This document shows positions 38,954 through 49,278 of a stretch of 64,000 bases of DNA, in pieces; position 1 is the first letter of the stretch, and every line of letters starts with the position of its first letter. A program made the position numbers and the translations under genes. The stretch is taken from assembly GCA_963827235.1 (NCBI GenBank), contig CAWHAE010000016.1, forward strand, positions 480,001 through 544,000, in the 5' to 3' direction. The DNA comes from an uncultured bacterium (GTDB lineage Bacteria; Chloroflexota; UBA5177; JANWHV01). Under the pieces are notes generated by a model. The model saw only the letters and a list, made by a program, of their open reading frames with translations. It was not told the origin of the DNA and searched no databases.

Positions 38954-39890
38954 CTACGAGTCCTGCTGATACAGGAAAGTTGAGAGGTATCGCTCGCCGT
39001 TGTCCGGCAGCACCACGACGATAGTCTTGCCGGCGTTCTCCGGCCGCTTCGCCACTTCGAGCGCGGCATGCGCGGCTGCGCCGCTGGAGATGCCGGTGAG
39101 GATTCCTTCTTCCACGGCCAGCCTGCGAGCCGCCGCGGTCGCCTGAGCGACGCTGACCGGAATCACCTCGTCAATCACGGACCGGTTGAGGATCTTCGGC
39201 ACGAAGGGCACGCCAATGCCCTGGATCTTGTGCGGGCCGGGTGTGCCTCCCGACAGCAGTGGGGACTCCGCCGGCTCGACGGCCACGACGATCAACTCCA
39301 GGCTTGCGCTGCTTCAGCACCTCGCCCACGCCGGTAATCGTGCCGCCGGTGCCTATGCCGCCCACGAAGATATCAACGGCGCCCTCGGTATCTTTCCAGA
39401 TCTCCTCGGCAGTGGTCTCGCGGTGAATCTTGGGATTCGCAGGATTCTCGAACTGCATTGGGATGAACGAATCGGGGATGGATTGCGCCAGCTCGCTCGC
39501 CTTGGCGATTGCCCCCGGCATGCCGTTGGCGCCCGGAGTCAGCACGAGCTCGGCACCGCGAGCTTTCAACAGCTGCCGGCGCTCGATGCTCATCGTCTCC
39601 GGCATGGTGAGGATCAGGCGATAGCCCTTGGCGGCCGCCACGAAGGACAGCGCGATGCCCGTGTTTCCGCTCGTGGGCTCGATGATTGTCGTCTTGCCCG
39701 GCGTTATCAGGCCCTGGCGCTCAGCTTCGGCGATCATGCTGACTCCGATGCGGTCCTTTACACTACCGCCAGGGCCGAAGTACTCCAGCTTGGCCAGTAC
39801 CCGTGCCTTGGAACCATCAGTCACTCGGTTGAGTCGCACCAGCGGCGTCAATCCAATGGTCTCCGACAGATCGGCGAAGATCCTGCCCAT
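38954..39890 (-). CDS. cysK: Cysteine synthase A (frameshift near 39298)
   Basis: [35 protein letters not shown]. Confidence 0.93.
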
Positions 39891-39909
39891 TGCGCTTCCC
39901 CTTGCTCCA

Positions 39910-39935
39910 AAAAGACTATCGAGTTACTTGACATT
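39910..39935 (-). promoter_or_regulatory. CymR/Rrf2-like operator upstream of cysK
   Basis: AT-rich AATGTCAAGTAACTCGATAGTCTTTT between a TTGACG-17-TAGCCT promoter and the SD. Confidence 0.4.
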
Positions 39936-40192
39936 TGGTCGTTCAACTGAAGGCTAGCATAACGCAGGCTGCGCGTCAAAGCGCTATCCGCGAGCGCGCG
40001 CGCATGTATCGGTGCCACTGCAGTTCGCCATCCGGACCTCCGGCCAGCCCATCCCGTCGCCTCGGCCGTCCCGGCCGCATGCGGACGCGAGAGCCATGGC
40101 TGCTGCCGTCGGCGGCGCGGTCAAGCACTCGAGTGCAAGCGCGTGGCGAAGCAATCGCGGGTAGCGATACCGGGACTGTGGTGCCGGTCGGT

Positions 40193-40221
40193 TTGACAAC
40201 GCCCGTCATGACCCGTACGCT
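40193..40221 (+). promoter_or_regulatory. tRNA promoter
   Basis: TTGACA-17bp-TACGCT. Confidence 0.65.
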
Positions 40222-40240
40222 GACTGAGTGTTATCGGCAC

Positions 40241-40314
40241 GGCCCGGTCGTCTAGCGGCCTAGGACATCGCCCTTTCAAGGCGGAGATCACGGGTTCGAA
40301 TCCCGTCCGGGCTA
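40241..40314 (+). tRNA. tRNA-Glu (TTC)
   Basis: Cloverleaf: GGCCCGG/CCGGGCT acceptor, anticodon loop CTTTCAA, GGTTCGAATCC T-arm; followed by CCG, so CCA not fully encoded. Confidence 0.97.
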
Positions 40315-40325
40315 CCGCGCGTCCC

Positions 40326-40781
40326 TCACCACTCTGCCAGCAGCGCCTCGAGGCCCGTGCGCAGGGCTGTTAGCTGTCCGGCATCCAGCTTAGTCAGTCG
40401 GTCGTGGATTCTCGCCGCTCTGCCCTCGTAAAGCGAGGCAAGCGTCGCTTCGCCCTTGGGAGTGAGCCGGCTGACCACGAGTCTCCGGTCACCGGCGTCT
40501 TCCTCGCGGCACACGAAGCCTGCTTCCACCAGGCGGTCTAGGATACCGGTCACATTCGACACGTGGATACCCAGATTCTCGGCCAGAACGCCGACGCGCG
40601 CCCTTCGGGCCTGCCAGAGGAAGAGCATCACTTTGAATTGAGCCATGGTGATGTCCAGGCTCATCCAGGCCTGCATCTCAACCAGCGCTAGCAGGCGCAC
40701 CAGCGTGGCAAACTGCTCCCGAACCTGCTCGGCAAGATCGGGAACGGGTGGATCCGGTGCCTGGTCGGGCATCTGGGACAC
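40326..40781 (-). CDS. MarR family regulator
   Basis: ITMAQFKV, VTGILDRLVEAGFV, DRR..LTPKG. Confidence 0.9.
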   Translation of the reverse strand: MSQMPDQAPDPPVPDLAEQVREQFATLVRLLALVEMQAWMSLDITMAQFKVMLFLWQARRARVGVLAENLGIHVSNVTGILDRLVEAGFVCREEDAGDRRLVVSRLTPKGEATLASLYEGRAARIHDRLTKLDAGQLTALRTGLEALLAEW

Positions 40782-41128
40782 TGCGACCTCTAGGGACAGA
40801 TGCGGTGCTGCCTGGCAGGATGATACGTACGTTGTTTCCGGTGCGTCAAGCCGCACATGCCGGCGTTTATCGCCGTGCCCTCGGCCGTGCTGTCCCTGGA
40901 TCCTGTTCCCCAATCGGACGGCCACCGACGTCGACCCGGACCGCGTTCGTCCGGCTGCCAATCATCTCCCCCCATTCGTCTGCATCGCGATGTGGAATTG
41001 TGGCTGCGCGGCACGACCTTTTGCACTAGACTGGCAGACAAGGGGACCCGGCCAGAGGGCGGCGCAGCGAGCTGCTCGAGCCGGAATCCTTAGTGTCGTA
41101 ACACTTCAGGAGCCCGGAGCCCTCAAGA

Positions 41129-43315
41129 GTGGCCGTGACCGGTTCTATAGCTTCGCCTTCGAGCCCTGCTCTGACGGCCAGGTCCTTCGCCAGGTCGCGT
41201 GCGCTGATCGTCGCCGCGTTGTTCGCGGTAATGATCTTAGCCGTCCACGTCGTCCTCGCGTGCATGGGTTCGCACACGGCGACCGTGCTTTGGGGCGATG
41301 AGTTCCTGTTCAACGTTCTGCTCAACGTGGCCATCCTTGCGCTCTCGCTGGCTCTCGGGCGCCGGTTGGCGGGCAGCCTGATTCGCTCGACACCGTCCTC
41401 GATCAGTGACGCTCTCGCGCTCCTAGGACTGGGATTCGGCGCGATCTCGCTGTGCATTCTCGGCGCCGGGCTGCTGCACCTGCTGTACTGGCAGGTTATC
41501 GCGGCAGCGGGTATCGCCCTGTGCGCGTGGCTCAGGCGTGAACTGTGGACCCTCTGGCGGGCGGTCAGCGGCCGACCGTGGCTGCGCCAGGCGGGGTCGA
41601 GCCTTCGAGCTGAGCTCGGACCTGCTATGCAGATTCCTGCCATCGTCATAGCGTTAGCCGTGCTGTTCGCCTTTCTGCGCAGCGCGGTTCCCCTTGTCGG
41701 AGACGAGCAGGACTTCGACGGCGTCAGCTATCACGTGGTGGCCCCAAAGTTGTATCTCGCCGCGCACCACATCTTTCCCGTGCCGGACATCCCACTGGCA
41801 AACGCGCCATCGGCAACCGAGATGTTTTCCATTCTCGGCCTCATGGCGGGCACCGACATGCAGATGAAGGTGCTCAATCTCTGCTTTTCGCTCTTGCTCG
41901 GCCTGGCGGTATACGACTTCACCCGGCGCCACCTCATGCCGGCCGCGGCCCCTCTCGCCGTCATGCTCCTCTACCTGCCCATCTGGATTGTCAACCTGAT
42001 GTCGAGTACGGTGCCCGACTTTGCGACAACGTTCTTCGCCGTGCTCTGCCTGGATTCGGTGGCGACCTGGATTAGCGTGGTGGACGGCAAGTACCGTCAA
42101 GGAGACACGCGGCACCTCTCTCGCTGGAGCTTCGACCGCGAGGACTGGTTATTGCCGAGGGCTGGCCTGTTGGCAGGGCTGGCAGTGTCCTGCAAGCTCA
42201 CCTCGGCGCCGCTTCTGCCGGCCATGCTATGCGCCTTCGGCGTCGCGTGCCTGACCTTTGGCCCGCCCGGCTTCGTGCTTCGGCTGCAGCGCGCCGCTGG
42301 TGCATGTTTCCAGGTGGGGATATTTGCCCTGGTGCCGCTCGCGCCATGGCTCCTGAAGAACCTGGCCTTCTTCGGCAATCCCTTCTATCCGATCAGCCAG
42401 GTTTCCAACGGCACGGACTGTACCGGCGCGACCGAAACGTGCGCGCCCTCGGTCGCTGCGGCCAGCACGCACATGCCTTCGCTCTTGCACCAGATGTGGC
42501 AGCCGGTTTACACAGTGCTGACCACCTATTGGGGCTACTGCGGACCGCTGGTAACCTGCATCGTGATCGCTGCATACGTGTTGCGGACCCCAGCATCGCG
42601 ATTTTGCCTGACCTTTCTCGTGTTGGGTGCCGTCGCCTGGTTGAAAATTGACGTGCTCTACTACCCGCCACGGTACTGGTTACCCATGCTCACGATCGGT
42701 TTCGCCCTGTCGGCAGGCGGTGCCACGTGGTTACTGGATAAAGTGCGCACTCGCCCGGCCTGGTCGCTGCGCCTTGCCGGAGGCAGGCGGAGCATTCTCG
42801 ATGTGCTGCTCGCCGCCTATCTCGGAATAGCCTCGCTGTGGCTTCTCATCCTGTCCATCGGCCTAGTAGACCGCACCGACGGCTTCCAGATCCTCTCGGG
42901 CGGACTCTCCCGATACGAGTTTCTGGCGCAACGCGTGCGTCCCTACCGCGCCATGGATTGGGTCAACGCCCACGCCGGCGCCAGGTCCGAGGTCGCCACG
43001 GTCAATACCAGCCTCGGCTACTATCTGCAGGAGCCGTACTTGAGCGACTGGTTCGGAACCCGCCTGGGCCACCTGCAGGCCGGAGGGGCCGAGATGCGCT
43101 CCGAGCTCACAACCTGGTGCGCCGCGAAAGTTAGCGTTGTGGTATTCAACCGCGGCGTGCACGAGTACAACTGGGACGTCGCGGCAGATATCCGGCCTAG
43201 GTCGGCCTATCCCTGGCTCGAAACGCCGGGGCTTGGCACCCGGTTGCTATTCACGTGGCGCGGCGTCGACGTGTTGGCGGTACATCCGTGCAGCGCGCTG
43301 CCGCATCCCCGGTGA
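41129..43315 (+). CDS. Large polytopic GT-C-fold glycosyltransferase-like protein, paralog 1
   Basis: DFDGVSYH..PKLYL, GLAVSCK, PWLLKN..GNPFYP. Confidence 0.75.
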   Translation: MAVTGSIASPSSPALTARSFARSRALIVAALFAVMILAVHVVLACMGSHTATVLWGDEFLFNVLLNVAILALSLALGRRLAGSLIRSTPSSISDALALLGLGFGAISLCILGAGLLHLLYWQVIAAAGIALCAWLRRELWTLWRAVSGRPWLRQAGSSLRAELGPAMQIPAIVIALAVLFAFLRSAVPLVGDEQDFDGVSYHVVAPKLYLAAHHIFPVPDIPLANAPSATEMFSILGLMAGTDMQMKVLNLCFSLLLGLAVYDFTRRHLMPAAAPLAVMLLYLPIWIVNLMSSTVPDFATTFFAVLCLDSVATWISVVDGKYRQGDTRHLSRWSFDREDWLLPRAGLLAGLAVSCKLTSAPLLPAMLCAFGVACLTFGPPGFVLRLQRAAGACFQVGIFALVPLAPWLLKNLAFFGNPFYPISQVSNGTDCTGATETCAPSVAAASTHMPSLLHQMWQPVYTVLTTYWGYCGPLVTCIVIAAYVLRTPASRFCLTFLVLGAVAWLKIDVLYYPPRYWLPMLTIGFALSAGGATWLLDKVRTRPAWSLRLAGGRRSILDVLLAAYLGIASLWLLILSIGLVDRTDGFQILSGGLSRYEFLAQRVRPYRAMDWVNAHAGARSEVATVNTSLGYYLQEPYLSDWFGTRLGHLQAGGAEMRSELTTWCAAKVSVVVFNRGVHEYNWDVAADIRPRSAYPWLETPGLGTRLLFTWRGVDVLAVHPCSALPHPR

Positions 43316-45393
43316 GCGCGCGCCCCGCCGCGACCACGGTTTCGCGCAGGGTGTGGAAACGTCGGCATCGAACCGTCGCGGCGGTCGGGCCATGCGGTCT
43401 GGTCGTGTGCGGCCTGCACGCCTACATCCAGTCCAGGGGACCGCACTGGGTGTCGCCGTTGCTGGCCGGCGAATGGATCTTCAACGTGGTAGCGACGGCA
43501 TTCCTTTTTCTCTTTTGCGCGGCGCTAGGACGGCGCCTCTGCGCGTCTATGGGTCGCCTCGATAGCCGGTCGCTCGACGACGGACTCGCCGCGGTGGGCA
43601 TTGGCTTCGGCGCTCTGACCACCGCGGTCCTGGTTCTGGGCGCCCTCCACCTGTACTACAGGCCGGTGCTGCTCGTGCTGTTCGCCGGCGGTTTGATCGT
43701 GCTGCGCAGCGATCTCCTGTACCTGCTGCTTCAGACCGAGAGACGAGTGCGCAGGTGGCGTCGTGCCGGCTGTGCGACGGCTCCCGAAACCGGCCAGCGG
43801 GTCATACTGGCGCTTCTCGGCTTCACCTCGCTCTACGTGCTTCTCCGCTCGATGCTGCCGCTAATGGACTGGGACGCCATCATCTATCATGTGGCGTCGG
43901 TGAAGCTCTATCTCGCTTACCACGCCATCATCCCACTGCGCGACATGCCGCTTGCCAACGGCCCATCCTCGGAAGAGATGCTGTTCCTCCTCGGACTCGT
44001 GGCTGGAACGGACGGACTAGGCAAGGTGCTGAACATCGGCTTTGCCCTTCTGCTCACTCTCTCCATCTACGCGCTGGGACGCCGTCTCAGCGGACCTGTG
44101 GCTGGCTGGCAGGCCGTGCTGCTGTTCTGTAGCTCGTTCTGGATGATCGCGGTGCTGCCCCTCGCCATCGTCGATTTCGCCTCGGCCTTTCTGCTGATCG
44201 CGGCAGTAAACGACGGTGCGGGCTGGGCGGAGCGGTTCGCCGATCCTGGCGAGCGGTCTCGCAGGCGCGCCTACCTGACACTGCTGCGCTGCGGCCTCTT
44301 GACCGGATGCGCGGCCGCAACGAAGCTCTCCATGCTGGCTGCTCTTCCAGTAGCAGGAAGCGCTGTACTCGTGACCGCCCTGTTCTGCGGCAACCGCCGC
44401 TGGTCTCGGCGGATCGGCGACGCCTTCCGAGTCTGCGTGCTGTTCGCGGTGGGCGCCGCCACGCCGGTAGCACCGTGGCTGCTCAAGAGCTGGATTTGCT
44501 TCGGGAACCCACTCTATCCCTTCGCAACGGTTGCTGTGAGCAATCCGTCGCATGGAATCACCGTGGACACAACGAGCCATCCTCCGCTGGAGCATGCTAC
44601 CTGGATCGTGACCTCGCTCGGCGACTTTCTCTGGAACCACGTCAGCGTCCTGGCCCTGGTCCTCCCCGTCGCCCTGATCACTATGCGGCGGCCGGGTCAG
44701 CGCTTTGCCGAGGTCTTCCTCGCCGCAGGGCTGGCCGTCTGGTTTCTCTATGTACCATACTTCGACCCGCCGCGCTACTACCTCGGTCTGGCCGGCGTAG
44801 CCCAGGTCGTCAGCATCTGCGCGCTCTACTCAGTAGCGCCGCATGACAGGCGCGTGCAGATCGCGCGGACCATTGGAGTGTTCGCCTATCTCCTGAGCCG
44901 AGCGTGGCCCAATCTTCTGATCGGGCTCGGTGTCCTGCAGCAGAGCCTGCTTGGCCAGGTTGCCCGAGGTGACATCTCGCGCTACGATTATCTGGCCGGC
45001 CAGGTGCGCGCCTACGTCGCCGAGCAGTGGGTCAATTCCTACACACCCGCCAACTCGGTGGTAGTCACCGTGGGCACACTCACGGGCTACTATCTCGACC
45101 GAACCTATCTGAATGACTGGTACCGCGGGCGTCTGGGCGAGTTGCAGGCCGGGACCGCCGCGAGGTCCGCCGAGATCGAGACTTGGTGCCGCGCCGGCCT
45201 GCGGTTCGTGGTCTTCGACCGCAGCGCGGGAAACCCGGGTTTGGATGGACTGGCCGAGGTGATGCCCAGGCAAGCGTTTCCGTGGCTGCGCACACCCGGT
45301 CTCGGCGCACGGGTCCTCTTCAGTGCCAATGGCGTCGACGTTCTCGCGGTGCGCCCCTGCGCGGTCGCGAACCAGCGTACAAGCACGCGGTGA
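43312..45393 (+). CDS. Large polytopic GT-C-fold glycosyltransferase-like protein, paralog 2
   Basis: DWDAIIYH..KLYL, PWLLKS..GNPLYP; GTGA overlap with paralog 1. Confidence 0.75.
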   Translation: MSARPAATTVSRRVWKRRHRTVAAVGPCGLVVCGLHAYIQSRGPHWVSPLLAGEWIFNVVATAFLFLFCAALGRRLCASMGRLDSRSLDDGLAAVGIGFGALTTAVLVLGALHLYYRPVLLVLFAGGLIVLRSDLLYLLLQTERRVRRWRRAGCATAPETGQRVILALLGFTSLYVLLRSMLPLMDWDAIIYHVASVKLYLAYHAIIPLRDMPLANGPSSEEMLFLLGLVAGTDGLGKVLNIGFALLLTLSIYALGRRLSGPVAGWQAVLLFCSSFWMIAVLPLAIVDFASAFLLIAAVNDGAGWAERFADPGERSRRRAYLTLLRCGLLTGCAAATKLSMLAALPVAGSAVLVTALFCGNRRWSRRIGDAFRVCVLFAVGAATPVAPWLLKSWICFGNPLYPFATVAVSNPSHGITVDTTSHPPLEHATWIVTSLGDFLWNHVSVLALVLPVALITMRRPGQRFAEVFLAAGLAVWFLYVPYFDPPRYYLGLAGVAQVVSICALYSVAPHDRRVQIARTIGVFAYLLSRAWPNLLIGLGVLQQSLLGQVARGDISRYDYLAGQVRAYVAEQWVNSYTPANSVVVTVGTLTGYYLDRTYLNDWYRGRLGELQAGTAARSAEIETWCRAGLRFVVFDRSAGNPGLDGLAEVMPRQAFPWLRTPGLGARVLFSANGVDVLAVRPCAVANQRTSTR

Positions 45394-45771
45394 CTATCGG
45401 GCCGGCTGCACTGCCGTGACCGAGATCGGTCGCACGAGTGTCGATTGCCCGCCTCACAGCCGGAACACATTGCCAGTGGTGAAGAACCAATCCACCGGCA
45501 CCTCCTGGAGCAAAAAAGTGCCGGTGCCCGAGCACGACCGGACAGGCGATCACGACGGCACCGCGCGGGCTCGGCGTGCCACACCGCGGTGCGACCGTCC
45601 AGCGACTGTGCTCGGCTCAGGAGCATGCCCGCTGCGCTGGCTGCGCGGGCGGTTTCATGGATCCGCCCGTCATCGTGACTGAGCGCTGCCACGTGCACAT
45701 TTTTGCCCTGCCATGGGCATCAGACCGCGATCGGGCGACGAACCAGGCTGTGCTGTCCCGTTGCGACGGTC

Positions 45772-46824
45772 CTAGCGGCCGTTCTGCGGCGGCACGGTCG
45801 ATTCGCGCACCACCAGTCGCGTAGAAAGCTCGACGCGGCTCACCTCCAAGGGGAGGGAATCGATCAGCCGGTAGAGCAGCGTCACGGCGTGGCGGCCCAG
45901 CTCCTGCAACGGTTGCGCGACCGTGGTCAGAGCGGGCGTGGTCACGGCAGCCAGGTCAATATCGTCGAACCCGACTACGGAGAGGTCTTCCGGCAGTCGT
46001 AACCCGCGGGCTCGTGCCGCACGCATCACGCCGATAGCCATATTGTCGCTCTGGGCGAACACGGCCGTGGGAGGACAGGGCAGCGAAAGCAGCGTGTGGC
46101 CCGCCTCCAGGCCGCCTTCGTACTTGAAGTCGGACTCGATGACGTACTCAGGCCGCAGTGGGAGGCCGGCAGCCACCATGGCCGACTGGTAACCCGCCAC
46201 GCGATCGTCGGTCGCGCACCAGCCTGGATATCCGGTCACCATGGCGATTCGCGTATGCCCGAGAGCGATCAGGTGCTCGGTAGCCTGCCTCCCTCCCGCC
46301 CAGTTGGTCGACGACACAACTGGGATGAAGTCCTGCATCAGCAGGCTGGGATCAATCACCACGAAGGGAGAGCCGTACTTGCGAATATGCAGCATTTCGG
46401 CTCGCGTCTCCGTGGGAGTCACCAGGAGCGTGCCGTCGGTAGTGCCATGCATCAGGCGCTCCAGCACGGACAGTTCGCGGTCGTGCCGATGCTGGGTCGG
46501 GCAGAGAACGGGTCGCGCGTCGCGCTCGAACAGCGCCTCGCTCGCGCCCTCGATAATGCCGGAGAAGAAACCGTTTTGCGTGAACGGCACGACTACTCCG
46601 ATCAGGCCGGTTCGCCCGCTGGCCAGGCCGCGCGCGCTCCGATTGCCGACGTAACCCATGGCCCGGACCTGCTGCAGCACGAGGTCTCGAGTAGTCGGCG
46701 ATACGTCGGGCCGGCCGTTGAGCACGCGCGACACGGTGGCAATAGAGACACCGGCCTGCTCGGCGATGTCGCGGATCATTGCGCGCTTGCCCGTCCCTGC
46801 CGACAGCTCTTTGACCTCAGCCAC
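45772..46824 (-). CDS. LacI family regulator
   Basis: IRDIAEQAGVSIATVSRVLN, LSVVGFDD, LTTVAQP. Confidence 0.95.
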   Translation of the reverse strand: MAEVKELSAGTGKRAMIRDIAEQAGVSIATVSRVLNGRPDVSPTTRDLVLQQVRAMGYVGNRSARGLASGRTGLIGVVVPFTQNGFFSGIIEGASEALFERDARPVLCPTQHRHDRELSVLERLMHGTTDGTLLVTPTETRAEMLHIRKYGSPFVVIDPSLLMQDFIPVVSSTNWAGGRQATEHLIALGHTRIAMVTGYPGWCATDDRVAGYQSAMVAAGLPLRPEYVIESDFKYEGGLEAGHTLLSLPCPPTAVFAQSDNMAIGVMRAARARGLRLPEDLSVVGFDDIDLAAVTTPALTTVAQPLQELGRHAVTLLYRLIDSLPLEVSRVELSTRLVVRESTVPPQNGR

Positions 46825-46849
46825 GGTACACCACCACGCTCTCGGAACT

Positions 46850-46895
46850 AACCGTAAACGCTTCCGGTTCTACGACAAATCGCCGACTTTGTCAA
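46850..46895 (-). promoter_or_regulatory. lacI-family gene promoter with overlapping operator
   Basis: TTGACA-17-TAGAAC on minus strand; palindrome AACCGTAAACGCTTCCGGTT at 46850-46869. Confidence 0.65.
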
Positions 46896-47084
46896 GCCTC
46901 GACGTGCCGGGCATGGCCGTTGGGAGATGGCGCAAGCACGCACGAACAGGCAGGAATCGGCACCTCGCCCTCGCCCGCTTGTCACTCAATTATGGCGGAT
47001 CTTCACCTATTGAGGATGATTTAGGTCCCCAATAGAGCGCGATCGGTCGAGGGAGTACCCTCGGCAGAATCGTCGCCACGCGTA

Positions 47085-47147
47085 TTGACATCGGAGGCAT
47101 CCCGTGCTATTCTCCGGGCTGTTGATGCGTTTCCGTAAACGCTCCCG
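47085..47147 (+). promoter_or_regulatory. ABC operon promoter with LacI-type operator
   Basis: TTGACA-17-TATTCT with extended TG; CCGTAAACGCTCCCG at 47133-47147. Confidence 0.7.
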
Positions 47148-47433
47148 ATAACGCGCAGAATCGAGCGGAGTATTGCGGAAGAGGGTCGACAATGTTACGC
47201 TCGTGCCGGCGCTCGGGCGGCGAGCTCTGTGAGGTCCGCCGGGCCGGCATCGGTGTGGAAGTGGGCCCGTGTTTCGGCCAGCAGATCGTCGATCGCGAAG
47301 GGAGGTATGCCGCGGCACGATGGAGCTCGGAGAAGGTCGGATCAGGTAACCCAACGTGACCAACCGCCTATGGTGTAGCAGTGCTTCGCGTGACGATGAG
47401 GCACGCCCATTGAGCTCGCAAGGAGCGGTTTAC

Positions 47434-49149
47434 ATGGCATTTTCGATCAGTACGAAGAGACTCGCCAAGACAGTTCTTGGCGCCGGCTTGCTGTTCAGCA
47501 TGATCGCCATGCCCTTCGGCACGGCAAGCTCCACAGCCCATGCAGCCTCGGCAAAGGCGGCCAGCTATCCGCTACTGGTCGTCAGTGACCAGCAGACCGG
47601 CACATGGGTGAAGAACTTCAACCCCTTCAACAACACCGGCGCGGTGCTCGATCCTACCAAGGCGGGCATCTACGAGCCGCTCTACATGGTGATGACGGTC
47701 GACAACGCGAAAGAGATCCCCTGGCTCGCCACGTCATACAGCTGGTCCAAGGATCTGAAGACACTGACCTTCACCATTCGCGACGGCGTGAAGTGGTCTG
47801 ACGGACAGCCGCTAACCGCGGCCGACGTAGCTTTCACGCTCAACCTCGGCAAGACCTGCGCGGCCTGCGACTTGGCAGGGTTGTGGGGCACGAATGGCAT
47901 CGCGTCCGCGGTGACGACGACCGCCAACACCGTGTCCGTCACGTTCAAGGCTGTCAACACCACGATCTTCCCGTTCTTCGTCAACAGCGTGTTCATCGTG
48001 CCGCAGCACATCTGGTCTCAGCAGAGCGACCCCGGCAACTGGACCAACCCGGACCCAGTGGGCAGCGGGCCCTTCACCCAGGTGACCAACTTCACGCCGC
48101 AGAGCTATGACATCCTGCCTAACCCGTACTACTGGCAGAAGGTGAACGTCTCCGGCCTGCGCTACGTGAACCACACCGGCAACGACTCCACCCTCGTGGA
48201 CTTCAAGGCCGGCAAGATCGACTGGGGCGGACACTTCTTCGCCGGCATCCAGAACACTCTGGACAAGGCGGGACCGCAGTTCCACCACTACTATTCGTAC
48301 AAGAGCACGCCTGTACTGCTCTACTTCAATGACCAGCATTACCCCTACAGCATCCCTGCTTTGCGCCAGGCGCTCAGCATGGCCATCAACCGCGCGGCCC
48401 TCGCCAACAGCGCCGAGTACGGCTATACCATTGGAGCCGAGTGCACGGGCATCGGCGCTCTCTATCCCACCTGGTTCGATCCCACTCTGAAGGCCAAAGC
48501 CAACGCGCTTTGCGCGTACGATCCGAAGGGTGCCAAGGCACTCCTTCTCAAGAGCGGCTTTACCTACAAGGGCGGCTCACTGATCGATCCCAAGGGCAAC
48601 CCAGTCTCGTTTGACATCCTCACGGTGAACGGCTGGACCGACTGGGACGCCGGCGCTCAGATCATGGCCTCCAACTTCGCGGACATCGGCGCCGATGCGG
48701 GCATGCGCATGGTCTCCTTCGGCACCTACTCCACGGCGCTCGCGACTGGCAACTTCGACAGCGTGATGTCCTGGGCCGACAAGCAAGCCACTCCGTATAC
48801 GTACTTCTACGATCAGATGTCCACGGCGGACTACCGGCCTAACGGCACTGCCTTCGCCGCCGGCCGCCCGATCGAGCGGTACAAGAACGCGGCAGTCGAC
48901 CCGCTGTTCACCCAGATCTCGACCACGACCGACTCGGCGGCGCAGCACGCGGCCATGAACAAGATCGAGGCCATTTGGCTGAACGATCTGCCCTCCGCGC
49001 CTCTGTTCTACGCCGACATCTGGGGCGAGTACAGCACAGCCAACTACACCGGCTTCCCGAACGGCAGCGGCTACTACGCGTCCCTGCAGACGGCCGACAC
49101 TCCCGACCGCTTGCTGGTATTCACCAAGCTGACCCGCAGCCACAGCTGA
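47434..49149 (+). CDS. ABC substrate-binding protein family 5, probably oligosaccharide-binding
   Basis: NFNPF, IYEPL, VKWSDGQPLTAADVAFT, GWTDW; LacI context. Confidence 0.9.
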   Translation: MAFSISTKRLAKTVLGAGLLFSMIAMPFGTASSTAHAASAKAASYPLLVVSDQQTGTWVKNFNPFNNTGAVLDPTKAGIYEPLYMVMTVDNAKEIPWLATSYSWSKDLKTLTFTIRDGVKWSDGQPLTAADVAFTLNLGKTCAACDLAGLWGTNGIASAVTTTANTVSVTFKAVNTTIFPFFVNSVFIVPQHIWSQQSDPGNWTNPDPVGSGPFTQVTNFTPQSYDILPNPYYWQKVNVSGLRYVNHTGNDSTLVDFKAGKIDWGGHFFAGIQNTLDKAGPQFHHYYSYKSTPVLLYFNDQHYPYSIPALRQALSMAINRAALANSAEYGYTIGAECTGIGALYPTWFDPTLKAKANALCAYDPKGAKALLLKSGFTYKGGSLIDPKGNPVSFDILTVNGWTDWDAGAQIMASNFADIGADAGMRMVSFGTYSTALATGNFDSVMSWADKQATPYTYFYDQMSTADYRPNGTAFAAGRPIERYKNAAVDPLFTQISTTTDSAAQHAAMNKIEAIWLNDLPSAPLFYADIWGEYSTANYTGFPNGSGYYASLQTADTPDRLLVFTKLTRSHS

Positions 49150-49168
49150 TCGTTCGGCCAATGCACAC

Positions 49169-49199
49169 GGGCGCGGCGGGTTTCTCTCCCGCCGCGCCC
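49169..49199 (+). terminator. Intercistronic GC hairpin after SBP gene
   Basis: GGGCGCGGCGGG...CCCGCCGCGCCC 12-bp stem. Confidence 0.6.
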
Positions 49200-49278
49200 C
49201 TGCGTGCAATTGAGGTAGACTGAAACGCTTACCCAAAGCCGGTGAGCCATCCGCCAAGCCGGCCACAGGACGGAGAAT

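Noticed and set aside
40241-45771. Genomic island integrated at tRNA-Glu
   Set aside because: No integrase, no duplicated tRNA 3' end seen, no obvious composition shift
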